From: Eukaryota sp. TZLM1-RC
Taxonomy: Eukaryota > Protista > Metamonada: BaSk clade
NCBI GenBank assembly: GCA_040285825.1
Contig: JAUPSS010000009.1
Location: 620,001-684,000 of the forward strand
DNA: 64,000 bases
Direction: 5' to 3'
A model generated the notes under the pieces. It was not told the origin of the DNA, did no database searches, and saw only the letters and a program-made list of their open reading frames with translations. Each line of letters begins with the position of its first letter. Position 1 is the first letter of the stretch. The translations under genes and the position numbers were made by a program. Shown here one piece after another: positions 23,619 through 36,541 of this stretch.

Positions 23619-25682
23619 TTATTTGCCACGGAAAATTTCCATCAGATACCGTTCAGCTGAATACTGAATCCACCATGGAAAACAAGATAATTCAACTAAA
23701 TATTCATTCTTGATTAGTTTAACAGATTGAATTAAACCTTGACTAATAAGTCTTGTTGGAGATAGAGGAGAATCTGACAGACTGTATTCAAAAGAATTAA
23801 ACAACTGAATAAACTTCAAAGAAGGAAAGTTTTGTTCAGTGATATTGGTAGGAACCTTACCATGAATTACTAATTCCTTCAAGTTGGGTAATTGAATTTG
23901 AATATTGACAAGGTAATTTAACTCTAGTCCCAAGTCTAAATTTACAATGGATTGAGGTAATGGTGTTTCGCCTTTCAAGATACTTTCTGAAATACCAATG
24001 CAAACATTCAAATCCTGTAGTGAGGTAAGATAGCTTAAATCAGCAACATCAATCTCATAATCCATAAGAGCTAACTTCACTAGTGAAGTGGGTAATTGTT
24101 CTATATCGAATGGAAAAGCAAGCTCTAGACATTTGAGATTTGATAAATGTGTCAAATTGAGAGATAGCAATTCTTCAGATCTCGAAGACCCACCAAGCTT
24201 AACAACCTCAATATTTGGGAAAAATGACAATAATTGTGGATCATAATCAACTTCATCATAGTAAACATCAAGTTTTTTAATTCTAGTATTAATTACTTTG
24301 GGGCCATTATAAACAGTAGAAAATTGTAATTGTAAATCACAAATAGTATCATTTAAATCTAAATCTTGAGGATCTTTTAAAAATATCTTGTTTTGAATTG
24401 GAAAAGCATAGTAAACTTCTTGAGCAAATTGAGCTACCCTTTTACTGATAGCGCATTTGGTGTAAAATCTGGCTTTAACATATGGATGATTTCCAAATAG
24501 TTCTTTCAAATAATTCAAATATTCCCAATAAACAAGCTTAATTAGACCACTAAACATTCTATCCAAAGGTTGTTTTGGAAGATGAAAACTGCCAAGAATT
24601 TCAGAACCAAATACTTTGACAGGTTCATGTCTATCAATCAAATCACCTGTACCTAATTGACCTTGATCATTCTTTCCCCAAGCCCAAACAGAGCTTTTGT
24701 TATAGGCGTAGAGATAATCAAAACCAACTGAAATACCTTCTATATCAGTGAGTGCTTCGATACACCTTGGTTCTTCACCATCTTCAGCAACATCACTTAT
24801 TCTACTCAAATCACCCCAAACAAAAACTTTACCATCAATATCAATGGCAGCATAAATACCTTCAGAACCACTAACAGAAACAATATTATTCAACCTTGGA
24901 ACTTTGGTGGGTTTGTTATTGAAAGTAACATCATCATCACCCTTGTCACACTTCCAAACAACACCATTAGCATCAATAACGAATAAGAAGTCTGCAACTA
25001 ATGCAACAGAATTTATAAATAAATTTGCTGGATTTAAACAAGGAATGATTGGATTTGAAGCTAAAGAATTTCGAAGAAGATAGAAACAATCACCAGAGCT
25101 ATTGATTGCAACAAATGAATCACAATAAGCATAAAGATAAATAATATTAGTTAATTCTTCAATTAATTCGAATGATTTACCACTTCCCCATACAACAGCT
25201 TTACCTTCTTGGGTCAAAGCAAATGAATCATCATCACCACCATAAACTTCCTTAATGTTATAAGGAATGTTTATTGGGGTAATTGGTAATGAATGGCTGC
25301 TTGACATACTTATTAGATTAGATCCATTCCAACCCCAGCCAAATAACTTGCCTTCAGAAGAGAGTGCAAAAGAGTGAGTAACACCTGTTGAAATCGAAGC
25401 AACATTAGTTAAAGGTAATTTGATTGGTGATTGGATTGTCTCAGGTCCCTGGTAAAGAACTTGGTCATAATCATTATCACCCCAACCATAAACCTCACCA
25501 GAAAGTGTGAGAAGAAGAGTGTGGCGTGAGTTGCATGAAATAAACTCAGCCCCATCGATTGTGTCCGATCGATGAGCAGTAATGTGAATTGAACTGTCAG
25601 CAGAAAGATTCACTCCATAAACAGACGCAATAGGAACATCACAAGTGCATAGAGGAGAAGTGTTGTGGGGGAGGCTGTCCAT
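23619..25682 (-). CDS. RCC1-repeat protein with C-terminal LRR-like region
   Basis: GEVYGWGDN, GKLFGWGWN and VWAWGKNDQGQLGTGD repeats, then LPTSLVKL/LPNLKELVI repeats. Confidence 0.85.
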   Translation of the reverse strand: MDSLPHNTSPLCTCDVPIASVYGVNLSADSSIHITAHRSDTIDGAEFISCNSRHTLLLTLSGEVYGWGDNDYDQVLYQGPETIQSPIKLPLTNVASISTGVTHSFALSSEGKLFGWGWNGSNLISMSSSHSLPITPINIPYNIKEVYGGDDDSFALTQEGKAVVWGSGKSFELIEELTNIIYLYAYCDSFVAINSSGDCFYLLRNSLASNPIIPCLNPANLFINSVALVADFLFVIDANGVVWKCDKGDDDVTFNNKPTKVPRLNNIVSVSGSEGIYAAIDIDGKVFVWGDLSRISDVAEDGEEPRCIEALTDIEGISVGFDYLYAYNKSSVWAWGKNDQGQLGTGDLIDRHEPVKVFGSEILGSFHLPKQPLDRMFSGLIKLVYWEYLNYLKELFGNHPYVKARFYTKCAISKRVAQFAQEVYYAFPIQNKIFLKDPQDLDLNDTICDLQLQFSTVYNGPKVINTRIKKLDVYYDEVDYDPQLLSFFPNIEVVKLGGSSRSEELLSLNLTHLSNLKCLELAFPFDIEQLPTSLVKLALMDYEIDVADLSYLTSLQDLNVCIGISESILKGETPLPQSIVNLDLGLELNYLVNIQIQLPNLKELVIHGKVPTNITEQNFPSLKFIQLFNSFEYSLSDSPLSPTRLISQGLIQSVKLIKNEYLVELSCFPWWIQYSAERYLMEIFRGK

Positions 25683-25977
25683 TATTGTTTGATGAATTTC
25701 AAGAGATCAAACACCTCAAACACCTCAGACTTTTATGCATTTTGATAAACGTTATGTAAGCTTAAGACCTATTACCATATAATAAGACAAAAACCAAGGC
25801 CTAACACAAACACCATTCTTGATAACAAATTGCCTTAATATCCGTATTTGAGATCAACTGTTACTTTGTATTTTAAGACAACGAACAAAACAATATATTC
25901 ATGACAAGATGAAACAATAGTGCCTCAATCTGGGACTCTCATTAAATCTCATCCAAAAACTTAATTGTTACCAGTTT

Positions 25978-26364
25978 TTATAATTGAGTTTTACAAAGTG
26001 GACAACTGCCATTGCTTTTCAACCATGGAAGAATACATTTTTTGTGATATAAATGACCGCATTGTAGTTCAATGGCCTTTTGCCCTTTTCTCAGGGCACG
26101 AATACACACTGTACACTTCTCTTTTGCAGAAGATTGTAAAACTATTGATGGAAGATTCCCAAGTTTCGTTTTGCTGAGACCACCTGGTTGTTCCTTGCTG
26201 TCAGAACTCTGGATTTCTGGAAGGTCAAGCTCTCGATCTGATAAGTACAAGAAGACATCCACATCATCATCATGAGACGCTTCAGGATATTCTATAGTCT
26301 GGTCTACCACATCATATACCCCATTTTCGAAGTTGTCATCGTCATCAACAAAGAAGTTGTTCAT
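25978..26364 (-). CDS. RING-H2 E3 ubiquitin ligase
   Basis: CTVC..LQCGHLYHKKCILPWL...SCPLCK. Confidence 0.9.
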   Translation of the reverse strand: MNNFFVDDDDNFENGVYDVVDQTIEYPEASHDDDVDVFLYLSDRELDLPEIQSSDSKEQPGGLSKTKLGNLPSIVLQSSAKEKCTVCIRALRKGQKAIELQCGHLYHKKCILPWLKSNGSCPLCKTQL

Positions 26365-26407
26365 TAATGTAATTTATAGGCAGATATCCTAATGTTATAT
26401 CATATTG

Positions 26408-26692
26408 TTACAAGGGTTGGTGCTTTGATAGTTCTAAATTACCATCAAGACCTTTGAATACCTCAAAGGAATGTTCCTCAACTCTATCACCTCTTTGAGT
26501 TTCGACGAGGAGCTTATAATTCGTTCCAGCTACCACCTGAGATCCTGCGGCCTTGACTCTATTCAACTCATGAGGCAGAATTGAGTTTGACATCATGTTA
26601 AGCCGTTCCATTGCAAATGTTACTGCTTCTACTACATCGGAGTCTGAAATACTGCGTTCAGTATAGCCACCACAAAGAAAAGTATTAGTCAT
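26408..26692 (-). CDS. cystatin/stefin cysteine protease inhibitor
   Basis: N-terminal CGG and QVVAGTNY. Confidence 0.92.
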   Translation of the reverse strand: MTNTFLCGGYTERSISDSDVVEAVTFAMERLNMMSNSILPHELNRVKAAGSQVVAGTNYKLLVETQRGDRVEEHSFEVFKGLDGNLELSKHQPL

Positions 26693-26710
26693 TGAAATTT
26701 GATTGATTCA

Positions 26711-27626
26711 AATGAAAAGATTTGATATTTTTTTATGGCGTTCACGGATTCAATTTGCCATTATTAATAGATTACCGCGGTTTTTCAATCGAATTAGAGA
26801 AGCTTTAGCTAGACAGCAAGCAAATCAAGATTTTGTAGAGGAAATCTTGGTTCAATGATAGTCGTCCCATTAGTTATGATTTAATTTAATTAAGTGTGCA
26901 AATTCAATAAATACATTATTGATTCAAATAGAAAAATGTATTTGTTCGAATTCACCACAGCTCACCTTGCGTCATGCTATGAATTGTTCGAAATTGATAA
27001 CTTATCGTTCTTCATTACATGATGCTGTTAGAGACACTGTTTTTAATATGGCTCGAACTGCAAGAATTTCGTGTATTAAAGAGCTTCTGCTGAAAAGAAC
27101 ATTGTCATTGAATAATTTTGGTTCTGATGACAAAGGTCATGCATACTGTGATTGGATTGAGAACTCTGCAGCTGTTGTTGACTTTGTCTCCTGTAATGTT
27201 GCAAATGACACTTTGGTTCAAAGAAGAAATTTTAATCCTGTAAGTGCTCTTGAATTTAAAGCTAAAGAAAAACATAGAAAATATGACAAAAGTATCGAAG
27301 AAGCTAATGCTGATAGAAATAGACCACTTGTTTTTATTGCTTTCCCAATTTCGATAAACGGAAGACTATCAGTAGAAGCAGGAACTTTTTTGGATGACTT
27401 TCAAAAAATGGTTCAAGAAAAAACAATGAAAAGATTTGAAATCTTTTTATGGCGCTTTCGAATTCAATTTGCCATTATTAATAGATTACCTCGGTTTTTC
27501 AATCGAATTAGAGAAACTTTAGCTTGACAACAAGCAGATCAAGATTTTGCAGAGGAAAATTTGGTTCAATGAATTTCGTCCCATTAGTTATGATTTTATT
27601 TTGTCAAGTGTTTAAGTTTAATAAAA
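26711..27626 (+). mobile_element. two tandem 5'-truncated family A non-LTR copies
   Basis: 26711-26912 and 26928-27626 both match the 3' end of 9650-12165. The first is flanked by attgattcaaat repeats. Confidence 0.88.
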
Positions 27627-28080
27627 GTCGAAAATTTTCCATATTTTTGTATTTTTGATGAAAGTTTTTGTTCAAAACAGTGGATAAGCAACTTCATCCC
27701 CATTGTCCATTTGATACTTCCACTCAGAATAAGAGAGAAAGACCGAGAAATGAATGAGTAATGAATCAATGTTTTGAGAAGTGTATTGAAGAAGTGAATT
27801 GGAATGGAGTTGTACTTTGAAATCTTCAAAGCATACCTGAATATGACTGTAAGTGTTTAAGACAAAGGAAAACGAGATTCTCGAAAGAGGGAATTTTGAT
27901 GTATTATGTCTATCAAATAGTATTATGTTGTTTGGTAATTCAACAGATACAAATTAAAAAAACTAAACTAAACACCTCAGGTGAATTCAGAGAATTTATG
28001 ATCAAAATAAGAAAAATACAAAAAACAATATACTAAAAAACTCAAAAAGACTAAACCAATCTAACCTCAACTGAAACAAA

Positions 28081-28944
28081 CTACGCCAAGAACTGACGTT
28101 TTCTTGAAGAATTCATATAAGGACGCAATGTAAACTCAACTTCTGCTTCCTCCATCTCCAATGAACCAAGCAGAATCTTATAAGGCCGGAGCACAAACCG
28201 GGGTCCAGCTTCAGCAAGTTCTACTTCTTTTCCTTTATCATCAAAGGTGTGATGTCGGAATACAATAAAATCGTTTCTGTTTGCAAAAGTTATAACTCTT
28301 TTAGAATCTACTTTGGGTACGGGGAACAAATGTTTCAAGATCTTAGTGATTCTGCTACCAAGTTTGCTGTTGAGACCATCAAATATCAAGTGGGGAATTG
28401 CTTCAGACATTGGTTGAACATCAGGAACATCATGCCGAAGGACAGCATTGGAGATAGAGAAGAAAGCTGTTGGTCCATGTGGCATGTGAGATACAACCAT
28501 CCCATCAGGTTCTCCTCTCGTTTCATGAAGTATTATCAGATCTGTGACATCATGACGACGACTGACGTCCACAAGCTCATTAACAGTGGTGGTACCGCGA
28601 TTGACACGTTCTGCAAAGGGAAAAACAAGCCTGAGTTCCTTGGCAAATTGGAGTAATCTGGTTGATGGAGATCGGGAAGTGGTTATTAATATTTTAGGAT
28701 CTCTGGTGGTTGCTGTAGCATATTCATCATCAAGGAAGGAAGTACCTTCCATAGTTCTAGCATCTTCCGCTATTATTTGTTCTTTAAGTGAGTCAGCTTC
28801 TTCCCTAAGTTCACTTGGAATACGGCGACCTTCAGCAAGGGCTTTCCTGATCTGACTCTTCTTCTCCATGTCTTCTTTAGCTTCATCTTCAACTGCTTTT
28901 CTGAAAAGGTACTCCTTGCGAAGTCGTATAACACGTCGCTGCAT
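28081..28944 (-). CDS. IMP4: U3 snoRNP protein Imp4 (Brix domain)
   Basis: RLRKEYLFRK, DPKILITTSRSPSTRL, HETRGEPDG..SHMPHGPTAFF and EAGPRF. Confidence 0.95.
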   Translation of the reverse strand: MQRRVIRLRKEYLFRKAVEDEAKEDMEKKSQIRKALAEGRRIPSELREEADSLKEQIIAEDARTMEGTSFLDDEYATATTRDPKILITTSRSPSTRLLQFAKELRLVFPFAERVNRGTTTVNELVDVSRRHDVTDLIILHETRGEPDGMVVSHMPHGPTAFFSISNAVLRHDVPDVQPMSEAIPHLIFDGLNSKLGSRITKILKHLFPVPKVDSKRVITFANRNDFIVFRHHTFDDKGKEVELAEAGPRFVLRPYKILLGSLEMEEAEVEFTLRPYMNSSRKRQFLA

Positions 28945-29472
28945 TAAGGGAATGTATAGAACTTAGTAAGAGTTGTGTGAATCGAGTTGGGAAACAATCC
29001 AAAGAATAGAAAACAATGGGATTTAAAACTATTTTTTTGATAAATAGATTCAAAATCAGATTTTGCAAAGGAGTTTTTGGTTTAATGAATGTTGAACCAA
29101 TGGTGATAAGTATACTGGTACTCTTGTTCACGAAGTAAGTAATGAATTGAATTAGAAGAGGTTTTGCTTCTTCCTTAAACTTTTTTTTAAATTCTTTTTT
29201 TTGCCAGGGTTTGAATAACTTTATAGGAACAATGAATTCATTTTGGATGAGTCGTGGCAATAAATTAAGCACGCAGAAAATCTCCCCAATTGATGGAAGA
29301 ACAATATTCACAATCACAGTCAGTCATATTTCAGATTATCTACACTATCAATTACCAAATACACCAAACCGGAATGTCAGTAATAGGTATAAATCGAAAC
29401 AATGTACAATGATCCTGAAAATGTTGTAAAAAGGTATGTGACCAAATTAATTCGATGTAGAGCTGTCAAATC

Positions 29473-29569
29473 AAGATAGATTTTGTAGAGGAAATCTTGG
29501 TTTAATGATAGTCGTCCCATTAGTTATGATTTAATTTAATCAAGTGTGCAAATTCAATAAATTAAAAAA
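29473..29569 (+). mobile_element. very short family A 3' end with 12-bp TSD
   Basis: atgtagagctgt on both sides and an A-tail. Confidence 0.8.
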
Positions 29570-29699
29570 ATGTAGAGCTGTATAATTTTTATGCCTTGTT
29601 TTTACTATTTCATATATTTAACATGACAATAATTGATATGTTTCAATTTTTTTAATTTAATTTAATTAGTTTTATTTCCTTTGTTCAAAATATAACATC

Positions 29700-32252
29700 A
29701 TCGATACAATTTGTGAAGACTATGGACGAAAATCAACAATGCTCTTTTCAGGTAACAATTTTGATTCAATTTTTTGCAGCTATTTGTCAATCCATGAAAT
29801 TTATTAAAATCCCCTACGGACATGGATGAGGCAATCTGGCATATAAAATGATAAATGAAAAGAAAATCAAACTTCATAAGTAATTTTCCCATATTTTGCC
29901 AATTGATTGTTTTGCTACTTCTCCACTGAGACAAAATTCGATTCAATATGGGCATCATGATTGTATCCTTTGTCTGAAACTTTTCATGCTGTTTCAGAAA
30001 GACAATTTTATATTATCATCTTATAAAACCATTCGAGCAACCGTCAACTCAATGGTTAAACATTCAAATGTGGTACTCAAATTGAAAGAAACTGCTGTAA
30101 AATTTCAACAATTACGTATTCACACCACTTGTTGCTTAACGCTGTATTTACAGTCTTGTTTTGAACGTAATTTTATACCACCACGAATATCTGCCCAATT
30201 ATATGAATCATTAATGGCCAGAATTCGTTATATTACAGCTGAATATTATGGGTAAGTAATGGTGAAACCAGAGAGTGCATTTCCAGAGGATTTTGAAAAC
30301 TTTGGTTATGGTGAAGGAGATTATGAATTATCGACTTCCTTTGAACAACAAAAGTTGAACACAACTATAAGTTATGTAGACCATTTGAGATATGGGCCTG
30401 AGCTTTTTCCACGATTTCCAACTGATGGATTCAGTAGACCACCTGAGTATATGGCCCCAGTAATGTTTGCCAATGTTGAAAATAATTTGAAATTAAATTA
30501 TGAAAAACATATTAATCGAATTATTAATATTTATTTTGACAAACCAGATGTGGAAAATGTGTTAGCAAAAATGTATAAGCTGGGTGGATACCCAACGCCA
30601 TTAGCTACTATTATTTCACTGTATAGATTTAGGTTTCCTCAATCCAAAACCTTGTTTTTAGTTGATGATAGAGATTGCTTGAATTCTGTGTTTCATCATT
30701 GTGAAAATATTTCAGATTTTCTGAATGATGAATTTTTCGCTTTATGTGAACAACATGATATAAGAAATAATGAACTTAGAGACATATTTGAAGGTCTTAT
30801 TGAACCATTTACTTGTCAAATTGAGAATTTGGTCACTGACGAGAATTTAGTTGATAACATATTTCCAGTGGATATACATTTTTTTGCAGACGCTGTGGAA
30901 ATAGATCATCAACTTTTTCTAAAACTAGGAATCACAATTGCCCATTATATTTCCAGTAGAGAGGTAAAACCTTATCATATTTCTCCTGTTTCCACCATTG
31001 TAGGCCCTGGATATTTTCTTATTGATACAAAAACTATATGGACAATCATTAGACAAACATTGATGGACGATTTGTTGCCTGATGAGAAATTAAAAATGGT
31101 CAATACACTAGCCCAAATTCATAAACCCAAACCACCTGAACAATTTGACTTATGGTTTAATAATTCTCTATTTGAACCAACCAATGTTCAAACAAAAGAG
31201 CTATAAATTCAACAACATTATCCACACAGATGGATTTAATATTGGAGTGGAATTTGTTCGTCAGCATTTACAAGGTCAGAAATGTAAGCCAGAAAAGAAG
31301 GCTAGTATTTCGGATTTATATATTGATGATGTTGAAACTTTTCAAGACAAACGAATTGTTGTTTGTGATCCTGAAAAACTTGATTTATTGTATTTTGGGA
31401 GTAAAAAGACTGATCAGGAACTAGCCATGGTGCCTGAACATGAAACTGAACAGCAAAGAAATAGTCGGGTGATGAATCAACACAAGAAATTCAAATGGTT
31501 GAGACTGACTCAGATATCCTCGTCCTTGAAAAGTAGGATGATTGAAAAACAAAAACGTAGGGCGACAAAGTATATTGAGGCAGATTACGACAGGAACCAA
31601 TTGATAGAGTCCAATTAAATGACAATCGAAGATGCAAACACCGAATTATCCGCTTTTGCTGCCAATTCGGCAACTTTTACAGAGTTCTCAAACTTTGTGG
31701 TTGCCAAACTTCGGCAAGTATTTTTGACAATTGACTTTTATAGTCTTGACTTGTGGAGCATTCATTAAATGCAACCTTTCATTCACAAGCAAAAGACTGC
31801 AAGTTGGTTGTTAAAAACCTGGTTCAGCAGTTTGGCAATCCAAAAGACACTTTTATGCTAATGGGTGATTATGGTCAAAAAGGTTCCAAGAATTTACAAC
31901 ATCAAAGACCTACTAGAGGCATTGGATGGATTCAATTTCTGAAAAGAAATGGTTAAAGTATTGATGATTGATGAGACTTTCACTTCAGCAAAATGTCCTG
32001 TTTGTTTTGAAAGTTTTGAAAAGGTTGCTACGTTTTTGAGAGTAACAAATCCCAGATTCTATAAAAGAGAAAAGACTTCTGTTACTACATGTCATGGTTC
32101 ATTAGCTTGTAACAGCGAGAGTTGCAAATTCGGTAACAAAGGCTCGACAAAGCTTTTCAATAAAAAATATACTGACTTGTCTGATTATGCTTGTAATTGC
32201 TGAAGCTGGAATGCGTGGTAATGAAAGACCTCAGTATCTGTGTAGTAGATAG
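29700..32252 (+). pseudogene. Fanzor1-type nuclease with N-terminal DEDDy exonuclease remnant (copy 2)
   Basis: KFIKIPYG..GNLAYKMINEKKIKLH..LPID..QYGHHDCILCLKLF aligns with copy 1. Further motifs are GPGYFLIDTKT, IHTDG, VCDPEK, MGDYG, IDETFTSAKCPVC, HGSLAC and ERPQYLCSR*. Multiple stops and frameshifts. Confidence 0.85.
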
Positions 32253-32365
32253 TTTTTGTATTTATTCCGCACGAAAATAGATCGTGTATTTATGGGAATT
32301 GTTTCATAAACAATGTACCGATCCCCAAAAGATTTGGTGTAAATTGATATTTTTAACTAGATGTC
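32253..32365 (+). ncRNA. candidate omegaRNA scaffold of Fanzor copy 2
   Basis: Successive hairpins cacga/tcgtg and tttatg/cataaa, then a TTGATAT...GATGTC stem, immediately 3' of the ORF. Confidence 0.45.
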
Positions 32366-32724
32366 CGTTGGATGACGTGATTGCCTGAATTTTTTAGCAG
32401 TTGCTGAATGACACATTTTTCAATTGAATTGTTTTTGCTTTCAATCAATCAATTTTAATGAAGTAATGATTGCTTCCGTTGGTCAAAGCTACATCTCAAC
32501 ATTCTCAACATCGAAGTCAAGAGAATTGCTGTAATCTGACTTTGACTAAGTTTGCCAGTCTTGTTTCTGTCAGACCAATTGTGATAAAAGATGACACTGA
32601 AAATTCATCACGAGTATGCGTAACACAGATAATTACTGATTAAAAAACCATTTTTAACTAACCTATTTATTACTTGTTAGGAGAACATTTCATTGTATAG
32701 CCAAGGACATCCATTGTATAAAAC

Positions 32725-34660
32725 CTATAGAATACCAGCACCATAAGAAGGAGTGACTTGCATCTCCTCGCTCTTCCAATCAAAGTCATCAATAGGGTTG
32801 GTACCGTAGCGAATTAACAGAACATGTTCTAGCAGTTTCATCGCCTGTTCGTTCATGAACGGAAAACGTGGAGAAACAACGCAATTTGTGACACCGGCGG
32901 AGGCTAAGGCAAGCAACGACGCGAGAGACTGTTCTGAGTGAAAGATACAAGCAGTTCTGATAACAACACTATCACTTATATCAGACCCCATTGTGCGTGC
33001 TATGGAAGACAAGGCCCGAATACTGCTATCAATGTTGGTGTAAGTACCCCCATCTATTATCTTAGGTACTCTGCCTATCCAACGATCATGAAATATTGCC
33101 ATCAGAGGAATACGAACTGGACCACAAGCTAGAATATACCAATTTTCAGGAGCATTATCTATGATTGAAGAGAGGTATGCTGCTCCCGGTCCACTGTTGG
33201 GAGCATCGCCCAGTAAGAACAGAAGAACTGTATTGCTCTTAACCAATGTATTTGTCAGGTCAGCTAGAATGCCGGTAACACTGATGCACGAAGTAAGTGA
33301 AGGAACAGGGGGTTTAAGTGCAACAGCTTCTTCCCTGATTCTAGGAGAAGACGATAAATGAGGGCTATTATGCTTTGCCGTAATGACCATTGGTTCTAAA
33401 TCAATAAAACCACCAGGTGTTAAGAATGGACGATTGGAACCAGGAGTTGCAGTTTCATTGACGCAGTACAATGGAGGATGATCTATTAAGGGGAGAGTTG
33501 GGGGAACAGGAGCACCCGTGGTAACAACAATACCACCCAAAGCAGTCAACAAGGGTAGGACACGTTCATCTCCAACATTGGCCAAAAGGTCTCCCTTGAG
33601 GCATGAGTATTGCCTAAAATAGCGATGGCGATGGACAGAGAGGAGATCACCACAGGTGACTACATTGACATTGTACTGGTCTGCAATTTTAAGAATGCTA
33701 TGTAGGTCACTGTAATCTGTGGTAACTTTACTAATTTTTTGTTCATACCATTGCCAGAAACTACTATTGTGGGCTTATCTTGTAGTTGGGTCGGGTCAAT
33801 TAGCTTAATATTGAAAAAGACATCTCGCTGATGTGTAATGGCATCAATACCTAAGTTACCAAACCTATGGTTAAGAGGAACTTGTTGTGGGCATACCTTC
33901 TATCCTCTACTTCTTCAAGTGCTTCAAATGCTCTGCGCATAGATGTAGACGTGTTTCGGATCAAACGTATGAAGTGGCTTTCACTTTCAGTTGCAAGAGC
34001 CTGAGGCAAATCCGAAAGTACTTGTATGTTGGAATGTAACGCACGTGAAGCAGCAGCACCACTACCAAGGCGAAGTAGCCGCAAGATTATCGCTGCAAGG
34101 TAACGCTGGGAGAACATAATTAGATCATAAAGGGGACCACATGCACCTTTATTGACCAAGTTGAGAGCGGGGCGGATTGTTTTTCCTTTTTCAATGGCTG
34201 AACCAAGGCTTACTGTGTTTGGATCCCAATCAGTGTCAGCAAATCTGAAAGTCAATACCGAAAAAGCTACTTACCTTGCATTAGCGGAGAAAGGAATGCC
34301 CCGGTTGTAAGTAGCATCCCGAGCCATATCTTGCACAGACTTCAATGCAATAATATGATCCAAGGTGAATTCCTGGGAAAAGTTAGTATCTGTTAACGTT
34401 ATGCACTGGCAATTGAGATACGGAACGCTCCAGTTATCGGGAATATACGCGTCTTCACGGATGAACTGAATGAAAAGGACTGCACAGCTAAAGATACCAA
34501 CTTCCATGTTATCAAAGAGTGCCTGTAGACCTGCATCCTTTCCACATGTTCCAATTTCACCACAGCACGCTCTGCCAGTTGCTCGTGGTTCGGCACGACT
34601 GCATTGATGACAAAACATGGGTGCATTTTGTGAAAGAATGGATGATATATCAGAGGACAT
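32725..34660 (-). CDS. hcp: divergent hybrid cluster protein (HCP/hydroxylamine reductase fold), three short introns
   Basis: MFCHQC..CC....TCGK, TLTDTNF, IVVSGND, ILACG and SEQS..SLLAL motifs. GT-AG introns near 34274-34245, 33895-33864 and 33748-33717 join the listed ORFs. Confidence 0.78.
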
Positions 34661-35869
34661 CGAAATTGTGATACATTCTACAGTAAAGTTTGGTGAAAAT
34701 TGATATCCTAAGCGTTAAGGTCTCTTAGTATTCCTCTGGAACTGTATCAGACTGAATCTATCACAATTTGTATTTGGAAACTTAGTATCGTCAAGATTTG
34801 AACAGTTATTTTGGAGCCAATCTCTAACCCAAATAGTGCATTCATTGTACTCGTTGCTGCACATGGTATATGATCTTTGATGTTATACTACCTAGTGCCC
34901 CAATAAACACATTCTGTTTCCACAATTAATATATTTATATCTCAGTAAGAAAATCTTGAAACTACCAAAACTTATCCATTGTGTTAAATCGCTTCACCAT
35001 CTGGTACTTTTGCTCACTGTTGATTCATCAACTCCATCCGCTGTTCACAAGTACTAGACACGTGGGGAAGAGAAACAAGTTTTATGTTATATACTTTCAA
35101 TGTCAGACTGTTGCAAATAGTTAATACTTCATTCACTTCCTCCACATTTTGATGTACCCATTAACAAGGTGACAAAACATGGACGGATCGATTCATTCCA
35201 AGAGATTAATTGTTAATTCTATCATCTTGAAAAAAAACTCTACCATCAGAATGGTAAATATCAATTCTTTGATAAATTAGAACAAACGGCTTTAATTTTT
35301 GACAATTATAATCTAAAAAAATGTTTGATTTTGACCTTTATTTTTTGAATAGCATATATTCAAGACAAAATGTACTTAATCAAACAATTTTGTGATTTGA
35401 TGAAGAAATAAAATCCGGTAGATGCTTTTGAATTCAAAACAAATGCAAAACATGATAATGATACTGAAGAAGCTAAAGATAAAAGAAATAAGCAACTTTT
35501 TTCTGTTGTTTTCCCCTTTTCTAAAAATAAAAGGCTTTCAGTAGGAACAAGCAATTTTTTGAATGGGGCCCAATAGAATAAATGCAGAGTTTTGATATCA
35601 TCTTATGGCATTAATATATTCAAATTGACCACCATCAATAGATAACCATTGCTTTTTGATCAAATCAGAAAAAACTTAGTTAGCAAGTAAGCAGATCAAA
35701 AATGCGACATTGGGAATCTTGGATCAAGGAATTTCGTTACAATACCTATTATTTTGAAACAAAGCGTTGAAATTCAATAGATTTTCTTCCATTTTTCAAA
35801 TTTATACATGCTTGTGACTTTAATTTGTTTCTATTATATAAATACCTTTTGTGAACGAATTTATTCACT

Positions 35870-36449
35870 TAATAAGGAATAAAAAATCATCAAATATTCA
35901 ACTAATGCTCCACAATCTCAAAAGCTGCCTCCCCTACATCAAAACAATTAATTACTAAAAATTCAGATAATTTCCCAAAAGAATAGAGTGAATCAGAAAT
36001 TAATTTCATTATTCCCTTAAAAACAGAAACTACAATCCTGTTCTGCCGGTAAACACGATTGAGAATTCTTCCAGTCCTTTCCCTTACAACTACAACAAAA
36101 TCCTCAAGGAAAGCCATAGCAGCCTTACCTAAAGATCCAAGCAAAGAAGAAAAAGGGGACATAAATTATATTGGGCATGAGAATTTTCATTTATTGAGGA
36201 AATGTATTTCGCATATTTAGCAATTTTATATTTTTCGCCAGCAAGAACAGGATTATTTACATCTGAGTTAATGAAATGTTCGTTAGAAGAATTACAAGTG
36301 TCAATGGACATGACGTCTAAGATAGTAAAACTACCATTTAAACCGGGAACTACTAGATCACCTCTTGTTAGACCCATAGAAGCTCTGTTGTAGCGCGTAC
36401 TATCAATATTGGGGTCATCAAGAATTAATTTTGAAAGCAAAGGTTCTAA
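35870..36449 (-). mobile_element. RLE non-LTR 3' region (family C), interrupted; upstream part at 40406-40610
   Basis: RGDLVVPG..ILDV..KIAKY. Comparison with 18450-18480 shows GTAGATTCCTTT|TTAGAACC split by the LTR element. Confidence 0.8.
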
Positions 36450-36541
36450 TGTAGGTATCTCACTAGTGAGTACCTAAGTATATAGAATAACATTAAATAA
36501 AATTATCTTTATCTTAACCCGCCTTAACTAACTCGAGTACA

